14,023 bases of DNA from a virus (IMGVR_UViG_3300020576_002722:64001-78023), one strand, 5' to 3'; positions 1 through 7,290 are shown, counted from the stretch's first letter. The notes: a model not told the origin generated them from the letters alone. Numbers and translations are program-made.

Positions 1-309
1 TGGATTGCACACCCTGTCCTGGCGGGCGTACGGCAGGTACGGAATGAACACTGATACGCTCTTGGCCCCCATCCTGCGCACTGCATCGGTGGCCAGGAAC
101 AACCTCATCAGTTCTCCGTTCGTCTGGATCCTTGCGTTGATCCGAACGTGGTGGCCACTCACCGGGCCTACGACCTTGATGTGCTCCTCGCACCCGGACG
201 GGAACGAGGACCAGATGGCGCGGACGCGGTCGTTCGGATGGAGGAACTCTTCTGCCGCCCGCTGTGCTGCGCACATCCAGTCGGTGATCGCGAGGTGTAC
301 TGTTCTCAT
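1..309 (-). CDS. prs: Ribose-phosphate pyrophosphokinase (PRPP synthetase / Adps-like) family protein, N-terminal part; continues past the left edge
   Basis: Hand translation from ATG at 309: MRTVHLAITDWMCAAQRAAEEFLHPNDRVRAIWSSFPSGCEEHIKVVGPVSGHHVRINARIQTNGELMRLFLATDAVRRMGAKSVSVFIPYLPYARQDRVCNP. It carries the Prs signatures FPxGExH, ELMxLxxxxDAxRRxGAK and PYLPYARQDR. No stop before the edge. Confidence 0.9.
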   Translation of the reverse strand, partial: MRTVHLAITDWMCAAQRAAEEFLHPNDRVRAIWSSFPSGCEEHIKVVGPVSGHHVRINARIQTNGELMRLFLATDAVRRMGAKSVSVFIPYLPYARQDRVCNP

Positions 310-317
310 GGCGGGGC

Positions 318-325
318 CAAACATA
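318..325 (-). promoter_or_regulatory. Bacteroidota-type -7 promoter element (TATGTTTG) for the prs-like gene
   Basis: Plus-strand CAAACATA is TATGTTTG on the minus strand, matching TAnnTTTG. It ends 8 nt before the ATG at 309. Confidence 0.7.
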
Positions 326-355
326 AGCAGATTTCCTTACATCAGAAGAAATTCT

Positions 356-363
356 TACATTTG
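356..363 (+). promoter_or_regulatory. Bacteroidota-type -7 promoter element (TACATTTG) for the HTH gene
   Basis: TACATTTG followed by 5 nt (TATCG) and the ATG at 369. It is part of the 13-mer TCTTACATTTGTA (353-365), repeated exactly at 1974-1986. Confidence 0.75.
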
Positions 364-368
364 TATCG

Positions 369-635
369 ATGTCGAGGCGAAAGCAGTACCCGGAGCGCGG
401 TGTGGTAACCGACGCTGAAAAGCAGGTCCACCTGGACAGGCTGCGCGATCACGTCCTGGGAAGGATGCAGAAGCGTGGCCTGTCCGCCTACGGGCTGGCC
501 CAGCAGACCGGGATCGACTACATGACTATCAAGAGGGTCCTGTCAGCCGGCGGGTGCCAGTATTGGACCGCCGAAGTGATCAAGGAGACCCTTTCAAAGC
601 TGGAAGCCACCGATGCTCCGGGACCTGATCAGTAG
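369..635 (+). CDS. Small helix-turn-helix (Cro/CI/XRE-like) DNA-binding protein
   Basis: 88 aa. The segment LSAYGLAQQTGIDYMTIKRVL fits an HTH pattern. Promoter element directly upstream; GC-rich third codon positions. Confidence 0.7.
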   Translation: MSRRKQYPERGVVTDAEKQVHLDRLRDHVLGRMQKRGLSAYGLAQQTGIDYMTIKRVLSAGGCQYWTAEVIKETLSKLEATDAPGPDQ

Positions 636-870
636 ACCGTCCGGGCCACGGGAGATCAACGCCGACACGATCGTCACGCCAGACTGCGTGGACTCATTCG
701 TCAAGGCCATGACCGCCGTACAGCGGATCTCGATGGACCCCCAATTCTCCAAGGTGTACACGTACGCGGCCATCGAGATCGATGAGGCGATAGACAAGCT
801 GAAGACCATGAAGGCCGCCGTGGTCAACGAGCGCATCAAAATGAACCGTGAGCCACGTAGACGCAAGTAA
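613..870 (+). CDS. Hypothetical protein (helical, basic C-terminus)
   Basis: 85-aa ORF with phage-like codon bias, overlapping the end of the HTH gene by 23 nt; ends REPRRRK. Confidence 0.65.
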   Translation: MLRDLISRPSGPREINADTIVTPDCVDSFVKAMTAVQRISMDPQFSKVYTYAAIEIDEAIDKLKTMKAAVVNERIKMNREPRRRK

Positions 871-1108
871 GGGGATCAGGGGACGGATCATCAAGATCAC
901 AGAGGAGACCGCCGACGGCAAGAAGAGGATCGTCGTCGAGGTGGACGAGGACTGCTTCTGCAACGGGTACTACCTGTGGGACCAGGGCCCCTTCACCCTG
1001 AAGGACAGAACCTGGATCTCGCTCAAGCACGGCAACGTCAGTAAGCGGGCCATCGTCACCGGCCACTGGGGGAAGAACCCGATCGGGGTCAAGATCGAGC
1101 TGGCTTAG
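848..1108 (+). CDS. Hypothetical protein (small, beta-strand rich); start uncertain
   Basis: 86-aa ORF from GTG with strong GC3 bias. Its TAG overlaps the TAA of the convergent gene at 1105-1108. Confidence 0.65.
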   Translation: MSHVDASKGIRGRIIKITEETADGKKRIVVEVDEDCFCNGYYLWDQGPFTLKDRTWISLKHGNVSKRAIVTGHWGKNPIGVKIELA

Positions 1109-1395
1109 GGTTTCTCTGGAAGCTCCGACCAGTGGGTCACCTCATTCTGTGATGACCTGGCTTCTTCGGTAGACAAGAGCCGATCCGTGTAGTCATACCA
1201 CTCGTACTCGCCGGTGCCATACGTGGTCCATTCCTTTGTTGCCTGATCAAACGAGTGACCCTGGATCTCTCGTCGGTATCCTTCAGTCAGGAACTTGCCT
1301 GTGTTACCACGACGAGTTGGCCTACCCTTGATGTAACACAGGAGGACCATCTTCTCGTCCTCTGGAACCCGCTTGCCGACCAAAAACCACTTCAT
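1105..1395 (-). CDS. DUF551-like phage protein
   Basis: From the ATG at 1395 (preceded by A-rich AACAGGAAAC): MKWFLVGKRVPEDEKMVLLCY...VTHWSELPEKP. These ends match the DUF551 termini W-x-S-V-x-x-R-L-P and VTHWMPLPEPP as I recall them. Confidence 0.75.
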   Translation of the reverse strand: MKWFLVGKRVPEDEKMVLLCYIKGRPTRRGNTGKFLTEGYRREIQGHSFDQATKEWTTYGTGEYEWYDYTDRLLSTEEARSSQNEVTHWSELPEKP

Positions 1396-1795
1396 GTTTC
1401 CTGTTGGTATTACCACACACACCGTCTTTCCCTGCAAGCATTCCGCTTCGCAGTGATTGAGATCTTCCTGTCCAGGGAAGAGAGCTACGTCCTGCTAGTT
1501 CTTCCACCCTCCCTGCGAGGGATCTCCCGGATGGCCATGACAGCCAGCTTGCAGTTGCCTGTTGACACGGTGAGGTCAGAGCAGGGGTTGCGGGAGTAAA
1601 CTTGAGTCCTACCTCCTTTTATCTCACAGCTACCCGCAAACGTCTGGACGCGGAGCTGCCCGGTGGAGCCTGAAACCGGTGTGGCCGTAAAGTCGGAAAG
1701 GCCCTGCGCTTGCACCGCATGGGCCGATCCTGTAAATACCACAGCTGGTGTGGTAGGCGTGAAACTCTTGGATGTACAGTGCAAGTGTACCATAG
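1396..1795 (-). ncRNA. Candidate structured RNA or long 5' leader of the DUF551-like gene (unassigned family)
   Basis: Lies between a minus-strand TAnnTTTG element (1801-1808) and the DUF551 start. Contains many 4-8 bp inverted repeats, one hairpin loop complementary to a distal segment, and mutually exclusive stems. No convincing protein. Confidence 0.35.
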
Positions 1796-1800
1796 GTCTG

Positions 1801-1808
1801 CAAAAGTA
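1801..1808 (-). promoter_or_regulatory. Bacteroidota-type -7 promoter element (TACTTTTG), leftward
   Basis: Plus-strand CAAAAGTA is TACTTTTG on the minus strand. It is intergenic and ends 7 nt before the minus-strand ATG at 1793. Confidence 0.6.
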
Positions 1809-1976
1809 GTACTATTCTCGATCCATCAACACGATGACTACGAATTTTTCATAGGTGCCATCGTGTACGAAGTCCGTTACGAGCCTCCTGTTCGGGTCCG
1901 CGAACCCGCTTCCAACCATGTCTATCGTCCACATGGCTGCGAATGTACGAACAAACTGACTATCAGCGAATTGTCT

Positions 1977-1984
1977 TACATTTG
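1977..1984 (+). promoter_or_regulatory. Bacteroidota-type -7 promoter element (TACATTTG) for the terminase/virion operon
   Basis: Same 13-mer as the HTH promoter. Followed by 5 nt (TAGCT) and an ATC in frame with the terminase. Confidence 0.75.
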
Positions 1985-2130
1985 TAGCTATCAACGGGCG
2001 CAACCAAATACGCGAGTCCGGGGCGAACCTGCTTCTGGATCTGGCTGCCGCTGGCGTCTCACTCGACACGAAGCAGGAGCAGTCGGTACGGTCCACGGGT
2101 CTTGGAGACCTGCTGGTCAAGGCCAAGCGT

Positions 2131-4353
2131 GTGACCGTTTCGTCCGCAGTGACGGCCGGATTCGATGACGGTGCCCACCTGTGGCTGTTCGAGACTCCGG
2201 TCAACCGGAAGGGCGAGAAGCTGGAGGGGAGCGCGTACTTCGACAAGATCCCCAAGGAGTGGGTTGCCAAGTATAAGGGAGTCGAGATCACCCGTGACAT
2301 GTGGCGTCCGCTCGATCCGTGCGACATGGACGAGCGCTTCAGGGCATTCATCTCGTCCCACATCCCGCAGTTTGATCAGCTGATACCGTACGAGGAGTTC
2401 TACCTGTACTGCGAGCAGTCGCGCCGTTGGGAGGAAGACCCATCTGACTACTCCGACTACACTGGCCAGGAGCAGTGGGATTGGGTTCAGCGAGAGCTTG
2501 GTCGGATCGCCGACAACAAGCTGTACGGGCTCAACAAATACATCACCATCAAGGAGGATGGGAAGGCTGGAGGTAGGCGCAAGTACAAGGCGTCGACACC
2601 GCAGGCGTTCCTGGCATTCATCGTAGACCGTGGCAATTCCTTCGACCTGGTCAAGGGTCGCCAGGCTGCCATTACCTCCACCATGCTCGCGATCGCAGCC
2701 CTTGAGGCTGTGGTCCGTCAGTCGTACAAAGGGGTCTTCGTGACCCATGACAAGGGAGGCACAGGCAAGACTCTCTTCGAGGACAAGTTCAAGAACACCT
2801 GGCAGCACCTTCCGAACTGGATTACCAAGGAGGCCGACAAGAGCGGCAACTGGTCCCGCGAACAGGTGGTGATCGACTTCGACCCTGGTGAAGGGAAGAT
2901 GGATCGCAAGAAGGATGCATCCTACTTCGACTTGAAGGGATCCGAGGACACACAGGCTATCAACGGTCTCACTCCGTCGCAGATCTACTTCGACGAGACC
3001 CAGCAGATTTGGACCTATCAGACCATCAAGGCCGAGGCGGACCCTACGATGTACCAGTTCGACGAGGTCGAAGGTACCTTCCGTATGGTGCGCCAGATCT
3101 TCGCATGGGGAACGGGATCGTCCAACACCTCTGGTAAGGGTGCCTTCGAGGCTGACTTCCGTGGTATCCTGGACGCCTGGAACTCTGGAGCTGACACCTA
3201 CGGGTGGATCCCGCTCTTCTTCAACTGGACCTGCCGCCCCGGTATCAACCGCGCATTCTACGAGATGCAGAAGCAGAAGTATCTGCGCGGTCAGACCGAG
3301 GAGACCAAGGGGCTCTCGATGACCGAGAGGCTCTCGCTGTTCAAGGCCCACTATCCGTCTACCCCGGACGACGCGTTCCTCACTTCCCACAGGACGATGG
3401 TCCCCCCTGAGGTGATCGTCAAGCAGATGGAGCGTATCGCCAAGGAGTGCCACATGAAGGGCATGGCACCTGAGACCGGACGATTCGTTCCAGTGTTCGA
3501 TACGAACGTGACAATCCCTCCGGGTGGATGGTTCGAGCACCCTGTCAAGGACGTGATCTGGGAGCCTATGCCGGATGATCCGGACGCACCGATCCGCATG
3601 ATGTTCCCGCCCGAGCGCGGGTGGACCGGAAGGTACTACCAGGGAACCGACCCGATCGAGAACGACGGTGGCCTATCGCGCTTCGCGTCAGCCATCTGGG
3701 ACTGCGCAGGCCGATGGGAAGACACTCCCGACGGCAGGATCCTGATCGAAACACTTGCATGTACACTCAACGCAAGGACCCCGTATCCGGAGGAGCTTTT
3801 CGTTCAGTGCATCCTGATGGGCATGTACTACCGGAACCACGGACAGAGGGCATGTCACGAGCTGGTCGAGATCAACGCCGGCAAGAAGTACGTGGACTTC
3901 AAGAAGGGTCCCTGCTTCAATCTGGGACAGTCGCTCGTTATCCGTGGAGTTCTCCCGCTCAACTACAAGGGCGGAACGCACACGTACGGCATCGATCTGA
4001 AGGGAGGAAAGAACGGACGCAAGTCACAACTGTACCACGACACGATCGCGATGATCCGTGAGCATGGACACAACATCTGGCACTACGACTTCTGGGTCCA
4101 GGTGAAGAACATCTCAGTGGAGGAAAAGGAGGACAGCAGCTACGAGTGGTCCTGCAAGATCAAGGGTGCGAACGATGACCTTGTGTTCGCTGTATCATAC
4201 TCAAACCTATGCGCAAAGACAATGGGAAACGGACACCCTCCATTGAGGGTGGACATCGACAAGCCACGAATGAAGAAGGTGACCAAGCGGGTGAGAGTTC
4301 CGGGAACGGTCAAGTTCAAGTACGTGGAGACGATGGTGCCGGCGAAGTTCTGA
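2131..4353 (+). CDS. terL: Terminase large subunit; the true start is probably upstream of the first canonical GTG (frame open from 1960)
   Basis: Walker A-like LVKGRQAAITST, Walker B IYFDETQQ, coupling-motif region IFAWGTG, RNase H-like nuclease motifs QGTDPI, LVEINAG and ANDDLVFAVSY. First gene of the virion module. Confidence 0.92.
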   Translation: MTVSSAVTAGFDDGAHLWLFETPVNRKGEKLEGSAYFDKIPKEWVAKYKGVEITRDMWRPLDPCDMDERFRAFISSHIPQFDQLIPYEEFYLYCEQSRRWEEDPSDYSDYTGQEQWDWVQRELGRIADNKLYGLNKYITIKEDGKAGGRRKYKASTPQAFLAFIVDRGNSFDLVKGRQAAITSTMLAIAALEAVVRQSYKGVFVTHDKGGTGKTLFEDKFKNTWQHLPNWITKEADKSGNWSREQVVIDFDPGEGKMDRKKDASYFDLKGSEDTQAINGLTPSQIYFDETQQIWTYQTIKAEADPTMYQFDEVEGTFRMVRQIFAWGTGSSNTSGKGAFEADFRGILDAWNSGADTYGWIPLFFNWTCRPGINRAFYEMQKQKYLRGQTEETKGLSMTERLSLFKAHYPSTPDDAFLTSHRTMVPPEVIVKQMERIAKECHMKGMAPETGRFVPVFDTNVTIPPGGWFEHPVKDVIWEPMPDDPDAPIRMMFPPERGWTGRYYQGTDPIENDGGLSRFASAIWDCAGRWEDTPDGRILIETLACTLNARTPYPEELFVQCILMGMYYRNHGQRACHELVEINAGKKYVDFKKGPCFNLGQSLVIRGVLPLNYKGGTHTYGIDLKGGKNGRKSQLYHDTIAMIREHGHNIWHYDFWVQVKNISVEEKEDSSYEWSCKIKGANDDLVFAVSYSNLCAKTMGNGHPPLRVDIDKPRMKKVTKRVRVPGTVKFKYVETMVPAKF

Positions 4354-4961
4354 ACGCACGCGATGTACGTGCCGAGATCGACAGTATCCTGGTCGACAAA
4401 GGGTTCTATGTGTTCGCGCCAAAGGCCGGAAGCAAGAAGGATCTGAAGGCCCAGTACCCGGAGCTTCTTGAGTACCCAGAGTTCAGTAGCGATAGGCTGA
4501 AGTCCGGTGACGCCCTGTTCGTGTGGTTCATGCGTTGCAAGATGTCACCCTGGTACGACATGCCGGACGAGAAGAAAGTCGAGCTGTGCGTGAGGGCCTC
4601 ATACGAGACCATTCCGCAACAGGAGTCGAAGCTGATGGAGTTCAAGAACATGAGGTTCCCGGACTCGGTCAAGGCGGCCATGTCGAGAACAGAGAAGTTC
4701 AACACGTCGGCACGTATCGAGAACTACGTCTACACGAAGACCGTGCGTGACGCCTGTAAGACGTTGCTTGCAAAGGATGTCAACTCGATGAAGCCGATCG
4801 AAGTGGACAGCTGGTTGTCGCAAGCCAAGGTGGCTTGGAAGCTGCTTCAAGAGACAGCTGCGGCCATAGAGGGGAACATAGGCGGCGTTATCGAAGAAGA
4901 GGACGCCGGACTGGTGAACACAGAAGGTGGTATCAAACATTTCAGACAGAACCGTAAGTAA
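4350..4961 (+). CDS. Hypothetical helical protein between terminase and portal; start uncertain (CTG 4350, GTG 4410 or ATG 4209)
   Basis: Open frame with coding-like codon bias whose TAA overlaps the portal ATG (TAATG). The part from 4209 to 4349 overlaps terL and is probably not translated. Confidence 0.8.
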   Translation: MNARDVRAEIDSILVDKGFYVFAPKAGSKKDLKAQYPELLEYPEFSSDRLKSGDALFVWFMRCKMSPWYDMPDEKKVELCVRASYETIPQQESKLMEFKNMRFPDSVKAAMSRTEKFNTSARIENYVYTKTVRDACKTLLAKDVNSMKPIEVDSWLSQAKVAWKLLQETAAAIEGNIGGVIEEEDAGLVNTEGGIKHFRQNRK

Positions 4962-7273
4962 TGGAACCGTTCACGAATCCGATCTGGCAGTGGCTGACGA
5001 TCTTGCCTGCAACGCCTCCACCGAAGACAACTCCGGAGAACCAGAAGGACGAGGCGTATCACGCCCAGTGGGCCCGGTTCTACATGTCGCAGCAGTACGC
5101 CCCATACCGAAACTGGTACACCTCGTGGTACGCCACGAATCTGAGGTATGCTGTCGATAGCGAGGACGCCTGGGGCGAAGAGGACGACATCAGGATGTTC
5201 CTTGGTGACGAGGAGAACCCGATCGGAAGGACGGTTCTGAAGTGGCCCCTTATCAGGCCGACACTGACGCGTCTTACCGGTGCCGTAGACAACGTCTCGA
5301 TCAACGCCAAGGCTTCATCTGCAACACCGCAGTTCGCCAAGACCAGGAAGGAGACCGCGCTCGGCATCGCACTGTTGAAGTCGCAGGCAGCACAGGCCGG
5401 CCCAATGATGGCGGGCGCGTACAAGTCGTCCGGCATCAGCCCGAGCGAGGAAGCAACAGAGGCGGCCCACGATAGCTTCTACAACGATTCGCTGATCAGG
5501 GGCATCACCTCGATGGTGAACATCCTGGCTCTGAAGAGCAAGCTGGAGTCCAAGAAGAGGAAGACCGCAGAGAACATGGCCTTGTCTGGCCTGGCTGCCG
5601 CACACTGCTCCATACATGGGGCTGACCTGATGTGGGAGCTGTGCGATCCTTCCGAGATCGGATGGGACACGTCAGCGCTGCGTCCTGACTTCTCTGATGG
5701 AGAGTACGCGTTCGTCTGCCCGCAGATGAGCGTCAGCGCGATCGCCGAGAGGTGGCAGCCAAAGGCGGCCGTCATCAAGGCGCTTGACGACTTCGCAACC
5801 AAGGCGATCAGCGCAACCCAGAACGTCGGATGGAGGGGAGGGTGGCCACAGCGCAGGCCACGCGTACCTACCGTGTACTGGAAAGATCTCAAGTACGTGG
5901 AGCGCGGATACGTCATCAAGGACGGCGATCTCCACTACTGCACGATCGGTGAGCCTGATCCGGATACCGGCGAGATCCCGTACACGCGCAACGACCTCGT
6001 TGATCCGCCGAAGAACAGGTGGACCATGATGTGGACAGAGTCCGAACGCAAGGATAGGTTCCAGAGGAAGGCTATTGAGCTTGTGCGCTACTGCTCATTC
6101 ATTCCCTGGGAGTACTTCCCTGCGTCATTCGTTGGCACGTCAACGTACGATACGCGTGACAACATCTCGAACGCCGCCAAGGAACTCGGGATCAAGGGTG
6201 ACATCATCTTCGACTATGGAGTGTATCCGCTCCAGGAGGCCGACCCCGATAATACGTACTCGGTAGAGTTTCCGATCAAGTTCTCCGCATGGAGCTACCT
6301 GTCCGGATTCGTGATCTCCCCGATCGCGGCGGCCATCAGTCCGCAGCGTGTCATGAACCAGGTCACCTCAGACCTGATGTGGCGCATGAGCAAGGGCGGA
6401 AACAAGGGCCTCGCCTTCGATTCTGACGCAGCTATCGGTGGTTCGATGACCGAGCAAGAGGTGATCACAGCCATCAAGAATGGTGACCCTGTATCGCTGA
6501 AAGGATCGATCAACGGTGGCGTGCAGAACTCCATCAAGGAGTACAACGCCTCAGTAGGTGCCGAGTTCTACAACATGTTCACGGTGCTGGAGAAGCTGTC
6601 GGGTATAGCGCAGGCGTCGACCGGTGTGTACGACCAGAACTTCGGGGCACCAGGATCCGGGGACCAGTTGGTCGGAGTCAAGCAGCTCCAGCTTCAGCAG
6701 GCCGGAGTCATGCAGCAGCCGTTCTACGCGGCCATCGCTGACCTGTACGAGCAGATCCACCAGTTCAACGCGCAGGCCGGTAAGGAGTACTACGCCAGGA
6801 TGCCGTGGATCCTGTCGCAGATGGTAGGAGATACCGAGGCGGCTGCGATCGAGATGTCCAAGGACATGACCCTGGAACAGTTCAGGATCGAAGTGAAGCT
6901 GACCCCGGACAGCGAGGTGACCAGGCACTACGTGGATACCGAACTGATCCCGCTGTACTTGAAGATGCAGCTGCTGGATCCACAGAGTGCATCTGAGCTT
7001 CTTGGTCGATCGCTTCCAGAGGACGTGTACGCCAAGTCGCGTGAGTTCACCAAGCGTGCGGCTATGGCCGCCCGCAAGATGCAGGAGGACCAGGCCAAGC
7101 AACAGCAGATGGCCGGATTGGTGGCCCAGGATCAGATGCTCGGTCAGCAGCAACATGAGACCGCCATGAAGATGTCGGATCAGGCGCTCACTGCCGACCA
7201 GATCAACCAGAAGGCCCAGGCACCCGAGGTGACGGCCGCAGCAAAAGCAGCAGTAGAACCCACAACTCCCTGA
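4961..7273 (+). CDS. Portal protein (large, crAss-like/P22-like size class)
   Basis: 770 aa, located between terL and the scaffold/MCP genes. Helical body, internal ASTGVYDQNFG..GVKQLQLQQ segment typical of portal clip/stem regions, and Gln-rich C-terminal coiled coil. Assigned from synteny and composition. Confidence 0.8.
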   Translation: MEPFTNPIWQWLTILPATPPPKTTPENQKDEAYHAQWARFYMSQQYAPYRNWYTSWYATNLRYAVDSEDAWGEEDDIRMFLGDEENPIGRTVLKWPLIRPTLTRLTGAVDNVSINAKASSATPQFAKTRKETALGIALLKSQAAQAGPMMAGAYKSSGISPSEEATEAAHDSFYNDSLIRGITSMVNILALKSKLESKKRKTAENMALSGLAAAHCSIHGADLMWELCDPSEIGWDTSALRPDFSDGEYAFVCPQMSVSAIAERWQPKAAVIKALDDFATKAISATQNVGWRGGWPQRRPRVPTVYWKDLKYVERGYVIKDGDLHYCTIGEPDPDTGEIPYTRNDLVDPPKNRWTMMWTESERKDRFQRKAIELVRYCSFIPWEYFPASFVGTSTYDTRDNISNAAKELGIKGDIIFDYGVYPLQEADPDNTYSVEFPIKFSAWSYLSGFVISPIAAAISPQRVMNQVTSDLMWRMSKGGNKGLAFDSDAAIGGSMTEQEVITAIKNGDPVSLKGSINGGVQNSIKEYNASVGAEFYNMFTVLEKLSGIAQASTGVYDQNFGAPGSGDQLVGVKQLQLQQAGVMQQPFYAAIADLYEQIHQFNAQAGKEYYARMPWILSQMVGDTEAAAIEMSKDMTLEQFRIEVKLTPDSEVTRHYVDTELIPLYLKMQLLDPQSASELLGRSLPEDVYAKSREFTKRAAMAARKMQEDQAKQQQMAGLVAQDQMLGQQQHETAMKMSDQALTADQINQKAQAPEVTAAAKAAVEPTTP

Positions 7274-7290
7274 TTGTCAGAGACTTTTAT

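Noticed and set aside
5-418. Plus-strand ORFs 5-418 and 148-408
   Set aside because: They are antisense shadows of the prs-like gene, which has clear family motifs on the minus strand.
1485-1793. 102-aa minus-strand ORF starting 7 nt after the 1801-1808 promoter element
   Set aside because: Not listed as a CDS. No recognisable motif, weaker third-position GC (about 63% by hand count versus 74% in the terL extension), and it overlaps dense stem structure. It cannot be fully excluded as a leader peptide.
1829-1880. Group I intron P7-like pair GACTA...AAGTC
   Set aside because: The pair has a mismatch, the other core elements are missing, and there is no interrupted flanking gene.
1881-1952. 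HDV/theta-like ribozyme resemblance (GCCTCCTG.. and CTGCGAAT after a hairpin)
   Set aside because: I could not close P1, P2 and P3 consistently, and the segment lies outside both predicted transcripts.
4202-4209. TAGGTTTG on the minus strand inside terL
   Set aside because: Intragenic with no credible downstream gene; occasional chance matches of this motif are expected in 14 kb.
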